From Elusimicrobiota bacterium (lineage in GTDB: Bacteria > Elusimicrobiota > Elusimicrobia > F11), in contig JBJXGI010000042.1 in assembly GCA_046153645.1 (NCBI GenBank), positions 32,001-96,000 of the forward strand: a DNA stretch of 64,000 bases, given 5' to 3'. Shown here one piece after another: positions 1 to 11,178 of the stretch; positions within the stretch are counted from its first letter, which is position 1, and every line of letters starts with the position of its first letter. The notes under the pieces are model-generated. The model did no database searches, was not told the origin of the DNA, and saw only the letters and a program-made list of their open reading frames with translations. Both the position numbers and the translations under genes were made by a program.

Positions 1-76
1 CAGTTAAAATCATTAAACCAAAAGCTTTAAGATTGTTTTTGAAACTTGTATTCAATTTAAAAAAATCATTTTTCAT
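1..76 (-). CDS. 5' fragment of a CDS running off the left edge (MKNDFFKLNTSFKNNLKAFGLMILT...)
   Basis: ATG at 76, 2 nt after the stop of the L,D-transpeptidase gene; frame open to position 1; too short to assign. Confidence 0.4.
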   Translation of the reverse strand, partial: MKNDFFKLNTSFKNNLKAFGLMILT

Positions 77-78
77 TT

Positions 79-1710
79 TTAATATTTCTGTAACGCTTGA
101 ATAAGAGTTTGATCTCTCCCATATAAATCAGTTCTAAACTGAACATTTCCGTGTTCATCTGCCCAGGCAGTCCAATATAGCAAGTGAATCCGGATCGGAC
201 TAGGGATCAGGATAGTTTGATTGGCGCGTTTTTTCAAGGCGTTTTTTATACTTTCTTCACTTTCAAAAGGTGTACCTGATAACAAATAGCTGGCCAATTC
301 AACAGGTTTTTCAATTCTGATACAGCCTGAACTGAAATCTCGTATTGTTTTTTGAAAAAGTGAACGTGAGGGCGTATCATGAAGGTAAACATCAAACTGG
401 TTAGGAAAATGAAACTTTATTTGCCCCAATGCATTTTGAGCTCCTGGTTGCTGCCTGAAATGATAAGGCATTGCTTCCGGATCTACCTTACTCCAATCAA
501 CAGAAGTATGATCAATTTTAGTGGCCTTTTCACCATGATGACTAAAAACTTCAAAACCATATTTTGTTAAATAATCAGGTTCCTCGGCAATGTGCTCAAG
601 AATATCCACCTTGGCTATTTTTTTAGGAACGTTCCATGGGGGGTTAAGAACGATATACGTCATGGTGCTACTGAAAACAGGTGTGCGCCTCATTTTTCTT
701 CCCACAATCACTTTCATATTAATTGCTTCGTGATCATTATCATAAAGCTGTAATCGAAAATCTGGGATATTAACAAAGATATGTCGGCGTCCTAAATCAG
801 CGGGGAGCCATCGACATCTTTCTAAATTTGCTTCTAACTGAGCAATCCGAACTTCAACAGGAATTCGAAGGACATCTGAAGTTGATTTGCCTAAAATTCC
901 ATCTTCATCAAGCCCGTGTCTTTTCTGAAAGTTACCAAGTGCTCGCTCTAAAGGAGCGTCAAATATTTTTTTCTCGTTAAATCTCAGATTTAAATCCCCA
1001 GTGAGAATCAACATCTTCCTTAATAAAGGAACTCTATCATCAATATCTCCCTTGCGAATTGGCCTTCCTTCCGGAATTTTTGGCCATCCTCCTTTTTCTT
1101 GCAGTGTTTTGTATTTAGATAAAACACTTTTGAGACGTTGGTAAAATGGGTGGGATGGCAATAAATCTCTCAACATGGTTCGAAGATTATCATGCTTAAG
1201 TGCGGCTTCAAGAATATTGGGTAAATCACCCGTACGTCGATTGGCAAACCATTCGTTATCTACTTTATAGGGGTTCAAGCGCCCAGACAACAAATGAGAA
1301 CCATAGGTTAAAAAACTATCTGTGAGAAAAATTTCAAGCTTGAGCTGCACAGATATATTATCTGTGTTAGATTTCTTATATTGCTCTATTAATTCTTGTA
1401 GTAAATCGACTCGGTAATCATGAGGCCGTAACCCTTCACGATCTGATTGTCGCAAAGCACGCAACAATTCATTAGCACCAGAATAAATTTTCCCCTCATT
1501 AATCCAAGCCGAGTGATATTCTCTGTTTTTATAAAACTGCTCCAACAGTAAAGATGAATAAGGAGACGCTTCTAATATTTGCCCCTGCTTTTTAAGAGAT
1601 TGATCAAAAAAAAGTTTTAAATTATCAGAAATTTCTGTACTGGCAATACCAGGAACAACTTGTGAAACAAGTAATATTAAAAAGAATAGTTTTTGAGATA
1701 GTCGCTTCAT
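79..1710 (-). CDS. L,D-transpeptidase, YcbB/LdtD family (scaffold, peptidoglycan-binding and YkuD domains)
   Basis: Signal peptide; FQKRHGLDEDGILG PG-binding motif; NALGQIKFHFPN and YLHDTP...SSGCIR catalytic His/Cys. Confidence 0.92.
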   Translation of the reverse strand: MKRLSQKLFFLILLVSQVVPGIASTEISDNLKLFFDQSLKKQGQILEASPYSSLLLEQFYKNREYHSAWINEGKIYSGANELLRALRQSDREGLRPHDYRVDLLQELIEQYKKSNTDNISVQLKLEIFLTDSFLTYGSHLLSGRLNPYKVDNEWFANRRTGDLPNILEAALKHDNLRTMLRDLLPSHPFYQRLKSVLSKYKTLQEKGGWPKIPEGRPIRKGDIDDRVPLLRKMLILTGDLNLRFNEKKIFDAPLERALGNFQKRHGLDEDGILGKSTSDVLRIPVEVRIAQLEANLERCRWLPADLGRRHIFVNIPDFRLQLYDNDHEAINMKVIVGRKMRRTPVFSSTMTYIVLNPPWNVPKKIAKVDILEHIAEEPDYLTKYGFEVFSHHGEKATKIDHTSVDWSKVDPEAMPYHFRQQPGAQNALGQIKFHFPNQFDVYLHDTPSRSLFQKTIRDFSSGCIRIEKPVELASYLLSGTPFESEESIKNALKKRANQTILIPSPIRIHLLYWTAWADEHGNVQFRTDLYGRDQTLIQALQKY

Positions 1711-1758
1711 AAAGAACTTTAAATATGAGTGAAATAATGAAAAAGAAACAGGGCAATA

Positions 1759-2604
1759 TTAAAATTTTCCAATAATAGAAAGGTGCCGACCTGTTTTTCC
1801 TTTTGGACGCGTGGGGTGAAGTCCTTCAAGTCGGTGAGAAAAAAATAAGTTGTTTTCATGTATTGTGCAAAATCCTGATTGAAAAATTTGAGAAGGTTTA
1901 ATGCCAACTTTCAAAAGTTGCAACATATTAGCCTTTGGCACATCCAAAAAATAACGACCGTCGCTTTTTATTCTTATAAATAAATGATTATCAGCTATTT
2001 TTGATTCAAATTTATTTTTAACATCAGATCCTACTTCATAACATTGACCACAAGCACTAGGCCCTAAAGCAGCTATCATATCATCAGTTGAAGCTCCGAG
2101 GGAAACTAACTGATGCACTGCTTTTAAAGTAATTTCCTGAAGAGTGCCTTGCCAACCAGCATGAATAGAACAAAATAATCCGGATTTTCTATCTCCAATT
2201 AAAATTGATTGACAATCAGCTGTTTTAACGCCTAAAATTATATTTTTTAAATTTGAGAATAGGGCATCTCCTAAATTTTCTTCAGATGAAATTGAAGAAC
2301 AATCAACCTTATTAATTATGTCTGAATGGACTTGTTTATTACAATAAAGATGTGCAGGTTCCTTATCAATTGCTTTTAAAAACCTTCGCCGATTTTCGAT
2401 TACATTTTCTTGAGTATCGTCTTCGATAAAAGCGAGATTGAGAGAATTTTCAGGAAACGGGCTTACACCCGAAAATCGGGTGCTAAAGGCATTAATAAAA
2501 CCATCTTTTTCAAGAGGCAAACAAACCAAATATTCTATGGGTACGTTCCCAAAAGAAGTCTCGACTTCTTTTTTACGCCATGAAAAAGAAGAAAGATCGG
2601 CCAC
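1759..2604 (-). CDS. pgeF: Peptidoglycan editing factor / purine nucleoside phosphorylase (YfiH family)
   Basis: QVHS, TADC, HAGW, GPS..CYEVG and FFSHR motifs. Confidence 0.9.
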   Translation of the reverse strand: MADLSSFSWRKKEVETSFGNVPIEYLVCLPLEKDGFINAFSTRFSGVSPFPENSLNLAFIEDDTQENVIENRRRFLKAIDKEPAHLYCNKQVHSDIINKVDCSSISSEENLGDALFSNLKNIILGVKTADCQSILIGDRKSGLFCSIHAGWQGTLQEITLKAVHQLVSLGASTDDMIAALGPSACGQCYEVGSDVKNKFESKIADNHLFIRIKSDGRYFLDVPKANMLQLLKVGIKPSQIFQSGFCTIHENNLFFSHRLEGLHPTRPKGKTGRHLSIIGKF

Positions 2605-2610
2605 AAAAAA

Positions 2611-4287
2611 TTAATGGACTAATTTTTTATATCGAATTCGGTGAGGTTGAGCCGCCTGAGAACCCAATCTTTCAATTCGTTTTCGTTCGTAGTCATTATA
2701 ATTACCTTCACTCCACACGACCTGACTGTCTCCCTCAAAGGCCATAATATGGGTGGCGATACGATCCAAAAACCATCGATCGTGACTAATGACAATGGTA
2801 CTTCCAGCAAATTCAACAATCGCATCTTCAAGAGCGCGCAAGGTATTAACATCAAGATCATTACTGGGTTCGTCAAGAAGGAGCAAATTCCCTCCGGACT
2901 TCAACATTTTAGCCAGGTGAACACGGTTTCTTTCTCCGCCAGAAAGTGAACCAACATGCTTTTGCTGATCTTGACCAGAAAAATTAAAACGCGCACAATA
3001 AGCTCGTGAATTAATTTCTTTTTTCCCTAAAGTGACAACATCCAATCCACCAGAAATTTCTTCCCACACCGTTTTTTCGGAATTCAAAGCATCACGCATT
3101 TGATCAACATAAGAGATTTTCACTGTTTCACCAATACGAAGATCTCCTTGGGTTGGTTTAACTTGTCCGGTCAATAATTTAAAAAGCGTAGTTTTTCCTG
3201 CTCCATTAGGCCCAATGACGCCAACAATGGCTCCTGGTGGAATAGTAAAATTCACATTTTCAAAAAGGATGTTATCTCCAAAAGACATTCCTAAATTTTT
3301 AGCCTCGGCTACAATATCACCCAGACGAGGTCCGGGTGGTATGTAAATTTCTAATTCCTCAGCCAATTTAACAGGATCCTGCTCCAATAATTCTTGGTAT
3401 CTAACAACCCGCGCTTTCCCTTTGGCTTGACGACCACTCGGACTCATTCTGATCCATTCTAATTCTCGGGCCAGTGTTTTCTGACGCTGGGTTTCAGATT
3501 TTTCTTCTTGTGAGAGTCTTTTTTGTTTTTGGTCTAACCATGAAGAGTAATTACCTTCCCAAGGAATTCCCATACCACGATCCAACTCCAATATCCACCC
3601 AGCAATATTGTCTAAGAAATATCGATCATGGGTAATTGCGACAACTGTGCCTTTATATTCTTTGAGAAAATTCTCTAACCAAGCAACACTTTCCGCATCA
3701 AGATGATTCGTGGGTTCATCTAATAGTAAAATATCAGGCGACTGCAGAAGCAAACGACACAAAGCCACCCGTCGACGTTCACCTCCAGATAAGCTAGAAA
3801 CAGAAGAATCACCGGCGGGACATCTCAAGGCATCCATAGCAATTTCCAAAGTTCGGTCTAACTCCCACCCATTTAAGGCTTCAATTTTTTCTTGAATTTC
3901 TGACTGACGGTTTAATAATTTTTCCATGGTATTGGGATCCATGTCATCGGTAAACTTTCCACTAATTTCTTCATATTGTTTCAGCAAATCTGTTACTTCT
4001 TTTAGACCCTGCGCAATATTATCGCGAACACTTAATTTTGGATCTAATTCGGGCTCTTGTGACAAATATCCAATAGAAACCTTATTTCCAGGAAAGGCTT
4101 CGCCAGTAAATTCTTTTTCAATTCCTGCGATAATTTTGAGCAATGTACTTTTCCCGGCCCCATTTAAACCCAAAACACCAATTTTCGCTCCATAATAAAA
4201 CGACAAACTAATATCTTTCAAAACTTGTTTTTTAGGCGGATAGGTTTTGCTCAGGCGAATCATTGTATAGACAAAATCTTTAGACAT
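2611..4287 (-). CDS. ettA: Energy-dependent translational throttle ABC-F ATPase
   Basis: GAKIGVLGLNGAGKST; two ABC domains with LSGGE; EttA-type C-terminus PHRIRYKKL; GGAGG RBS. Confidence 0.95.
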   Translation of the reverse strand: MSKDFVYTMIRLSKTYPPKKQVLKDISLSFYYGAKIGVLGLNGAGKSTLLKIIAGIEKEFTGEAFPGNKVSIGYLSQEPELDPKLSVRDNIAQGLKEVTDLLKQYEEISGKFTDDMDPNTMEKLLNRQSEIQEKIEALNGWELDRTLEIAMDALRCPAGDSSVSSLSGGERRRVALCRLLLQSPDILLLDEPTNHLDAESVAWLENFLKEYKGTVVAITHDRYFLDNIAGWILELDRGMGIPWEGNYSSWLDQKQKRLSQEEKSETQRQKTLARELEWIRMSPSGRQAKGKARVVRYQELLEQDPVKLAEELEIYIPPGPRLGDIVAEAKNLGMSFGDNILFENVNFTIPPGAIVGVIGPNGAGKTTLFKLLTGQVKPTQGDLRIGETVKISYVDQMRDALNSEKTVWEEISGGLDVVTLGKKEINSRAYCARFNFSGQDQQKHVGSLSGGERNRVHLAKMLKSGGNLLLLDEPSNDLDVNTLRALEDAIVEFAGSTIVISHDRWFLDRIATHIMAFEGDSQVVWSEGNYNDYERKRIERLGSQAAQPHRIRYKKLVH

Positions 4288-4353
4288 CTTGGTTCCTCCA
4301 GAAACTGATAAAATTCATGGGCACCATTTTACCTATTCAGGAAGGGAACCCAA

Positions 4354-6552
4354 TTGAAAATTAAGACAACAAAGTGGATGATTATCGGAATTCTTCTTTT
4401 TTTTATCGGAGGAGCATTTATCGTAGGGGGCATTCTCAAAGGGACTTTAAAGGATTTGCCCTCAGTAAAAACTTTAGAGCAATACGTCCCTCCACTTGTC
4501 ACCCAGGTTCTCGACACTTCCGGGTCCGCCGTTGGCGAATTTTTTACTGAACGCAGGACCACCATTCCTTTAAACCAAATCCCCATGGATCTTAGGCGCG
4601 CCGTCATTGCCATTGAAGATACCGACTTTAATAAACATTGGGGTGTTAATCCCAAAGCCATCGTTCGTGCAACACTGGCTAACTTACGAGCGGGACGACT
4701 GGTACAAGGCGGATCTACTCTCACTCAACAACTCGCCAAAACTATTTTTTTAACCCGGAAGAAAACATTGGGCCGAAAAGTAAAAGAAATGCTCCTTACG
4801 CTTCAAATTGAAAAAAATTATTCAAAAGATGAGATTATGGAGCTTTACTTAAATCAAATTTATTTCGGAGGGGGTGCTTATGGCGTAGAAGCAGCTTCTC
4901 GACTTTATTTTGGGAAACGTACTCAAGAATTGAATCTATCCGAGTGCGCTCTTCTCGGAGGGCTCATCAGGCTGCCTAACCGATACTCCCCTGTTAACAA
5001 TCCTGAAATATCTAAAGATCGACGAGCCACTGTGTTAAAGCGCATGAGAGAAGTGGGTTATATAACAGAATTAGAAGAAAAAGAAGCCGCTGGTCAACCC
5101 ATTTTAAATGTTAAAGCGGGTTTTAAAGCCAAAGACGCCCCCTACTTCGTAGAAGAAGTATTCAAAACACTCGAACCTACATTTGGGTCTGAAACCTTAG
5201 AACAAAGCGGGCTTAACATTCACACCACTTTAGATCTCAACATGCAAAGAGCCGCAGAACTAGTTTTAGAAAAACATCTTTCAACTTATGACGCATTTTA
5301 CGCTACGGCCACATTAGCTGAATATATAAAAGATGCAAAAGAAAAAGCACTGGACAAAACAAAAGTCAATATTTCAACAACACCTCCTAAAATTCAAGGG
5401 GCTTTGGTTGTTATGGATGTTCACACGGGGGCTATCCGCACTATGATTGGTGGACGAGATTTTTATAAATCTCAATTTAACAGAGTCACTCAAGCCAAAC
5501 GTCAACCAGGCTCTTCTTTTAAAGCATTTGCTGTCGCCGCCGCATTAGAAGGACCTTTTACAGCAGCCTCTGTTGTTGACGATTATCCTTTGGTTTATGT
5601 GGATGTGGAATCTGATGCCACTCTTTTAGCAGAAACAACAACTTATGCCGAAACCACAACCGCCATTTTGGACAATCTGCAATTAACACCTGAACAGTTT
5701 TGGGGTAAACCCAAAAAAGAGCGTGACGAAATCTTAAAAAAATATTGGCGCCCTCAAAATTATGACGGAAAATATTTGGGACCTTTGACCATACGAAAAG
5801 GGTTACAAAAATCAAGAAACCTAGTTACCATTCGACTGGTAGGAAGTACAGGACCAAGAACCGTGGTTCAAATGGCAAAAAAAGCAGGAATTGAAAGCCA
5901 TGTTAGTTCGGTGCTTTCAACAGGACTTGGAACCTCTGTTACCACTTTACTCGAACTAACCAATGCTTATGGAACTTTTGCCTCAGGTGGCCTTTGGGCG
6001 CAACCTTATTTCATTGAAAAAATTACAGATCGAAGAGGAAAAGTTTTACAAGAAACCAGTCCTAAGGTAGAAGCCAGAGTTAACCCACAAACAGCTTTTT
6101 TAATCACCAATCTATTGAGAGGAGTGATTGAATATGGAACAGGCGCTTATGCCAGAAGAATTGGAAAACCTTTGGGAGGAAAAACAGGAACCACACAAGA
6201 TCAAAGAGATCTTTTGTTTATTGGATTTTCTCCTGATTTAGTCTGTGGAGTTTGGATTGGTTATGATGATTTTCGTCCCTTAAAAAAAGGGCTGAGCGCC
6301 TCTCACATTGCCGTTCCGCTTTGGACAGAATTCATGAAGGACGCATTAAAAGATATGCCAGCAAAAGATTTTCCCGTGCCTCCAAAAATTGAATACGCAA
6401 AAATTGACGCCGATACTGGTTATCTAGCGCTTTCCACTTGTCCCAAGGTTTTCCTAGAAGCCTTTAAAGAAGGAACGGTGCCAACAGAATTTTGCCCTTA
6501 TGATCACTTGAATAGCAGCGGAATCAGCGGAGAAGAAGAAATATTAGAGTAA
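4354..6552 (+). CDS. Class A penicillin-binding protein (PBP1A family)
   Basis: N-terminal TM; EDxxF and GGSTLTQQLAK transglycosylase motifs; SSFK, SRN and KTG transpeptidase motifs. Confidence 0.93.
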   Translation: MKIKTTKWMIIGILLFFIGGAFIVGGILKGTLKDLPSVKTLEQYVPPLVTQVLDTSGSAVGEFFTERRTTIPLNQIPMDLRRAVIAIEDTDFNKHWGVNPKAIVRATLANLRAGRLVQGGSTLTQQLAKTIFLTRKKTLGRKVKEMLLTLQIEKNYSKDEIMELYLNQIYFGGGAYGVEAASRLYFGKRTQELNLSECALLGGLIRLPNRYSPVNNPEISKDRRATVLKRMREVGYITELEEKEAAGQPILNVKAGFKAKDAPYFVEEVFKTLEPTFGSETLEQSGLNIHTTLDLNMQRAAELVLEKHLSTYDAFYATATLAEYIKDAKEKALDKTKVNISTTPPKIQGALVVMDVHTGAIRTMIGGRDFYKSQFNRVTQAKRQPGSSFKAFAVAAALEGPFTAASVVDDYPLVYVDVESDATLLAETTTYAETTTAILDNLQLTPEQFWGKPKKERDEILKKYWRPQNYDGKYLGPLTIRKGLQKSRNLVTIRLVGSTGPRTVVQMAKKAGIESHVSSVLSTGLGTSVTTLLELTNAYGTFASGGLWAQPYFIEKITDRRGKVLQETSPKVEARVNPQTAFLITNLLRGVIEYGTGAYARRIGKPLGGKTGTTQDQRDLLFIGFSPDLVCGVWIGYDDFRPLKKGLSASHIAVPLWTEFMKDALKDMPAKDFPVPPKIEYAKIDADTGYLALSTCPKVFLEAFKEGTVPTEFCPYDHLNSSGISGEEEILE

Positions 6553-6601
6553 TTTTTACAGCATATTGAACATTTCTCCGGAAGGACTGATAACTAAAAG
6601 T

Positions 6602-7342
6602 TCAAGAAACTGAAGATTTCAAATAGTCACGATTAAGGCGGGCAATAAAGTTTTGAGAGATTTCTTTGGGGCAAGCGGCGGTGCATTCTCCGATGTTGGT
6701 ACAACCACCAAAACCTTCAGCGTCCATTTGTGTAACCATATTTTTGGCGCGCATGGAACGTTCGGGTTGACCTTGAGGCAGATAGCCTAAGTGAGAAATT
6801 TTTGCAGCAGTAAATAACATGGCTGAAGCGTTGGGACAAGCGGCCACGCAAGCGCCGCATCCTATACAAGCCGCCGCATCCATTGCTAAATCAGCATTTT
6901 GTTTTGGAACAGGTGTTGTATTGGCTTCAGGTGCACTGCCTGTTCGAACAGAAATAAATCCACCCGATTGAATAATTCGATCGAAAGAACTTCGATCAAC
7001 ACATAAATCTTTGATGACAGGAAATGCTTTGGCTCTCCACGGTTCGATGGTAATTGTATCACCATCTTTAAACGATCTCATGTGGAGCTGACAAGTGGTG
7101 GTGGCAGGCATTGGGCCATGGGCAACACCATTAATCATGCATCCACAAGTTCCACAAATTCCTTCACGACAATCACTATCAAAAGCCACCGGATCCTCAC
7201 CACGTGAGGTCAACTGTTCATTTAAAACATCAATCATCTCAAGAAACGACATATGTTCACTAATATCGTGAACTTTATATTCCACTATTTTTCCTGGAGT
7301 TTGTTGATTTTTTTGCCGCCAAATTCGAAGAGTTAAATTCAT
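6602..7342 (-). CDS. sdhB: Succinate dehydrogenase/fumarate reductase iron-sulfur subunit
   Basis: [21 protein letters not shown] and [12 protein letters not shown] clusters. Confidence 0.95.
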   Translation of the reverse strand: MNLTLRIWRQKNQQTPGKIVEYKVHDISEHMSFLEMIDVLNEQLTSRGEDPVAFDSDCREGICGTCGCMINGVAHGPMPATTTCQLHMRSFKDGDTITIEPWRAKAFPVIKDLCVDRSSFDRIIQSGGFISVRTGSAPEANTTPVPKQNADLAMDAAACIGCGACVAACPNASAMLFTAAKISHLGYLPQGQPERSMRAKNMVTQMDAEGFGGCTNIGECTAACPKEISQNFIARLNRDYLKSSVS

Positions 7343-9256
7343 TTATTTATAACTCCTTTGAGCCAAATGGATATTTTCAAAATTGAGAGGTTCTTTATGT
7401 AACGTCGGTTCTGAATTTTCACCTTTGTACTCCCAGGCCGCTACATAAGAATATTTCGAGTCGTCTCGTAACGCTTCACCTTCAGGCGTTTGACTCTCTT
7501 CTCTAAAGTGACCACCACAAGATTCTGATCTTTGCAGAGCATCCCTACACATCAGTTCAGCTAATTCAAAAAAATCTGCGACACGCCCAGCACGCTCAAG
7601 TGATTGATTTAATTCTTCACCAACCCCAGGAATATTTATTTCTTTCCAGAATTTTTCTTTGAGTTCAGGAATTCTTTGTAAAGCAGTTTTAAGACCGATC
7701 TCTGTTCGAGACATTCCACAATAATCCCAAACTAATTTACCGAGTTCTTTATGGAAAGAGTCAACTGATCTTTTCCCTTTGGCTGATAAAAAACGATTAA
7801 GCCGCCCTGAAACTTCAGCTTCAGCTTGTTTAAAAATGGCGTGATCTGTTGAATATTGAGATGATTTATTTTTTGACAAATAATCACCAATGGTATAGGG
7901 AATTACAAAATAACCATCGGCTAAACCCTGCATAAGCGCACTTGCTCCTAAACGATTGGCCCCGTGGTCAGAAAAATTAGCTTCTCCAATAACGAAGAGT
8001 CCATCAATGGTACTCATCAAATTATAATCCACCCAAAGTCCACCCATCGTATAGTGAATGGCTGGGTAAATTCTCATCGGAACTTTGTATGGATTTTCTC
8101 CGGTGATTCGGTTATACATGTCAAAAAGATTAGCGTATCGTTCTCTAATTTTATCTTCGCCAAGTCTTTTAATGGCATCAGAAAAATCAAGGTATACACC
8201 TAACCCACCAGGCCCCACTCCTCGGCCTTCGTCACAAACTTGTTTGGCGTTACGCGAAGCGACATCTCGAGGAACTAAATTTCCATAACTAGGGTATTTC
8301 CTCTCAAGATAATAATCTCTTTCTAATTCTGGAATCTGATCAGGAGACCGATTATCTCCTTTGTTTTTAGGAACCCAAATTCGACCATCATTACGCAGAG
8401 ACTCCGACATGAGAGTTAATTTAGACTGGTAATCGCCACTAACAGGAATACAAGTCGGATGAATTTGTGTGTAACAAGGGTTTGCAAAGGCCGCCCCTTT
8501 TTTATGGGCTCGCCAAATGGCAGTGGTATTGCAGCCTTTGGCATTGGTAGAAAGATAATAAACATTTCCATAACCACCGGTGGCAAGCACAACGGCATCG
8601 GCAGAATAAGAAGAAATTTTTCCGCTCACCATATCACGCACAACAATTCCCTTTGCTTGATTGTTCTCAACAACCAATTCCATCATCTCAGAACGAGGGA
8701 ACATTTTTACTTGTCCTAAACCAATTTGCCGAGAAAGTGATGAATAGGCCCCAATAAGGAGTTGCTGCCCGGTTTGACCTTTGGCATAAAATGTTCGAGA
8801 AACTTGCGCGCCACCGAAAGAGCGATTATCTAAATAACCACTATATTCTCTGGCAAAGGGAACACCTTGTGCTACACATTGGTCAATAATATTAACGCTT
8901 AACTGAGCTAAACGATAAACATTGGCTTCACGCGCTCGATAGTCGCCACCTTTAATTGTGTCGTAAAAAAGCCGATAAATACTATCACCGTCGTTCTGAT
9001 AATTTTTGGCAGCGTTAATGCCTCCTTGAGCGGCAATGGAATGCGCGCGGCGGGGACTATCTTGATAACAAAAACATAGAACATTGTAACCCAATTCAGC
9101 AAATGATGCGGCCGCCGAAGCGCCTGCCAAACCAGAACCAACAACAATAATGGTGTATTTTCGTTTGTTGGTTGCATTGACTATCTTTAAATCGTTTTTA
9201 TGGTTGTCCCATTTTTTTTCAATAGGCCCCACAGGAATTCTTGAATTAAGTTCCAT
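7343..9256 (-). CDS. sdhA: Succinate dehydrogenase/fumarate reductase flavoprotein subunit
   Basis: [15 protein letters not shown] (covalent FAD His), HYTMGG and HGANRLG. Confidence 0.95.
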   Translation of the reverse strand: MELNSRIPVGPIEKKWDNHKNDLKIVNATNKRKYTIIVVGSGLAGASAAASFAELGYNVLCFCYQDSPRRAHSIAAQGGINAAKNYQNDGDSIYRLFYDTIKGGDYRAREANVYRLAQLSVNIIDQCVAQGVPFAREYSGYLDNRSFGGAQVSRTFYAKGQTGQQLLIGAYSSLSRQIGLGQVKMFPRSEMMELVVENNQAKGIVVRDMVSGKISSYSADAVVLATGGYGNVYYLSTNAKGCNTTAIWRAHKKGAAFANPCYTQIHPTCIPVSGDYQSKLTLMSESLRNDGRIWVPKNKGDNRSPDQIPELERDYYLERKYPSYGNLVPRDVASRNAKQVCDEGRGVGPGGLGVYLDFSDAIKRLGEDKIRERYANLFDMYNRITGENPYKVPMRIYPAIHYTMGGLWVDYNLMSTIDGLFVIGEANFSDHGANRLGASALMQGLADGYFVIPYTIGDYLSKNKSSQYSTDHAIFKQAEAEVSGRLNRFLSAKGKRSVDSFHKELGKLVWDYCGMSRTEIGLKTALQRIPELKEKFWKEINIPGVGEELNQSLERAGRVADFFELAELMCRDALQRSESCGGHFREESQTPEGEALRDDSKYSYVAAWEYKGENSEPTLHKEPLNFENIHLAQRSYK

Positions 9257-9266
9257 AATTTCCTTA

Positions 9267-9923
9267 TTACTTTAGTATTCCCATGAGTACTGCCAAAGGA
9301 ATGGCGGAGTATCCCAATGGAATGGCGATCGCAATGAACAGCGCTAAATATTGGCGAAAAAAATTTATTTTTGGATGATTGAGACCCAACGTTTGAAATA
9401 CACTATAAACTCCGTGATACAAATGCATTCCCAATGAAATCATTGCCAATAAATAAACAAACGAAACCAGTTTACTCGAGAACCCAACAACAATATTGTT
9501 ATACACATCGCCCGAAATAAAAGCAGGGTGTACGCTACCAACAGTTAAATGCAATAAATGGAAGACAACATAAAAAGCCAAAAAAAGACCACTCCAAATC
9601 ATAAACCGTGAAGGCGCATTGGCTTGAACCATTGTGTGATTTTCATATTTTTCTGGGCGGCTATTTTTATTTAAGCGAGTCAACTGAACGGTAAAAATAA
9701 AATGGAGTACAACAGAAAAAAGTAAAACAACACGAGTGCCCCACAAGAGACCTTTGGTTTCGTGCAAAAACTCCGCATAATCATTAATTTTTTCAGGTCC
9801 TAAAAAAACCTGCAAGTTACCAAGCATATGCCCCACAACAAACCCGAGCATAAGAAGCCCTGTTACTGCCACAACAATTTTTTTACCAATAGAAGAACTT
9901 AAAAAACAAGAGCAATTTTTCAT
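9267..9923 (-). CDS. sdhC: Succinate dehydrogenase cytochrome b subunit (single five-helix anchor)
   Basis: SSIGKK...HMLGNL, five hydrophobic helices with heme His residues, HLYHG; directly upstream of sdhA. Confidence 0.9.
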   Translation of the reverse strand: MKNCSCFLSSSIGKKIVVAVTGLLMLGFVVGHMLGNLQVFLGPEKINDYAEFLHETKGLLWGTRVVLLFSVVLHFIFTVQLTRLNKNSRPEKYENHTMVQANAPSRFMIWSGLFLAFYVVFHLLHLTVGSVHPAFISGDVYNNIVVGFSSKLVSFVYLLAMISLGMHLYHGVYSVFQTLGLNHPKINFFRQYLALFIAIAIPLGYSAIPLAVLMGILK

Positions 9924-10375
9924 TTGAATAAATTTAGCACTTCTTCAATGTGCCCATCTACTTTTACTTTTGGAAATATCTGCGTTATCTTTCCAGTTTC
10001 ATTAATAATAAAAGTGGTTCGCTCGATTCCCATATATTTTTTCCCATACATACTCTTTTCTTTCCACACACCGTAAGCTTGAATCATTTCTTTTGATGGG
10101 TCGCTTAACAAAGGAAAAGAAAGAGAGAATTTCTTTTTAAATTTCTGGTGGGATTCAATTGGGTCAGCGCTCACGCCATAAATCACTACATTCTTCTTAG
10201 AGAAGGCTTTTATTTCATCTCGAAAGCCACAAGCTTCTTTGGTACAACCGGGAGTGTCATCTTTCGGATAAAAATAAAGAACGACATTTTTTCCTTTTAA
10301 ATCTTTTAGAGAAACCATCTCATCATTATCGTTTTGGAGTTTAAAATCAGGTGCTTTATCGCCAATTTTCAACAT
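9920..10375 (-). CDS. bcp: Thioredoxin-dependent thiol peroxidase
   Basis: YFYPKDDTPGCTKEAC. Confidence 0.95.
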   Translation of the reverse strand: MLKIGDKAPDFKLQNDNDEMVSLKDLKGKNVVLYFYPKDDTPGCTKEACGFRDEIKAFSKKNVVIYGVSADPIESHQKFKKKFSLSFPLLSDPSKEMIQAYGVWKEKSMYGKKYMGIERTTFIINETGKITQIFPKVKVDGHIEEVLNLFK

Positions 10376-10383
10376 AAGGTCTC

Positions 10384-11178
10384 CTAGGGTTTATTTAAAA
10401 CTGAATTTAAAGTCCAGTCATATTGATATTTCACTTTTGCTGGAAAATCTGTTTTTAATTTTTGATCAATTAAATCGGCATCTGGTCTTAATGTGGGATC
10501 AGTTAAAGAAGACAAATAAACACCTGTCCCACCAAATCCTCGAAAGTCTTCTTCATACCACTTCATTAAAGAAGAAATCACCACCGTGTCATTTTCAATT
10601 TTTAAATGTTTAGAAGAATTGACAAATCGCAGTTCGTTTTCTTTGAGTGTTTCATCTAAAGTAGAAGGATCATAAGCCCGATTTATTAATGGAGGACAAT
10701 CAATCGCAGCGCACACAAGAGCAAAATGAATTCGATGATTTAAATTGGGGAGTGAAATACCTTCGATGGGGCCCCCTCTTCTTTTATTGGCACGAATAAC
10801 TCTATTTTCAATTTCGTCTAAAGAAAGTTCAATTTTTCTCACTTTAAATTTTTCTTTAAAAATATTGAAGTCGTCACTCACTTTCTTTAATTTCGGTCGA
10901 TTTAAAATAAATTGAATCGCATGCGCATTATAAGCATTAATCCAAAAAGCCAATTGTTCTTTTTCGTTACATTTAGAAAGATCAGCATTTTCTAAAAGCA
11001 TGAGGTATTTTTTGAGATCGCCCCCATTTTTTGAACGAATACCCTCATAATCAACAAATCCCTGATCATCTACATTTTTTTTCAAAATCTTGTCGAAAAC
11101 GGAATGATTCAGACAAGCAGCCCAGGATAATAGTGATGTAAATATTAAGACAACAAACAACCCAATCCTCTTAAACAT
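10384..11178 (-). CDS. DUF547 domain exported protein
   Basis: Signal peptide; LAFWINAYNA, RIHFALVCAAIDCP and YDWTLN. Confidence 0.85.
   Translation of the reverse strand: MFKRIGLFVVLIFTSLLSWAACLNHSVFDKILKKNVDDQGFVDYEGIRSKNGGDLKKYLMLLENADLSKCNEKEQLAFWINAYNAHAIQFILNRPKLKKVSDDFNIFKEKFKVRKIELSLDEIENRVIRANKRRGGPIEGISLPNLNHRIHFALVCAAIDCPPLINRAYDPSTLDETLKENELRFVNSSKHLKIENDTVVISSLMKWYEEDFRGFGGTGVYLSSLTDPTLRPDADLIDQKLKTDFPAKVKYQYDWTLNSVLNKP

Noticed and set aside
4329..4724. 131-aa minus-strand ORF and the many other 60-120 aa ORFs nested in long genes (for example 2641..2949, 17584..17898, 51959..52303, 60678..61016, 62055..62417)
   Set aside because: Antisense or off-frame shadows of well-supported genes, with no recognisable motifs
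7194..7208. CACGTG-centred sequence as a second parS
   Set aside because: The flanks do not match TGTTNCAC/GTGNAACA and it lies inside sdhB
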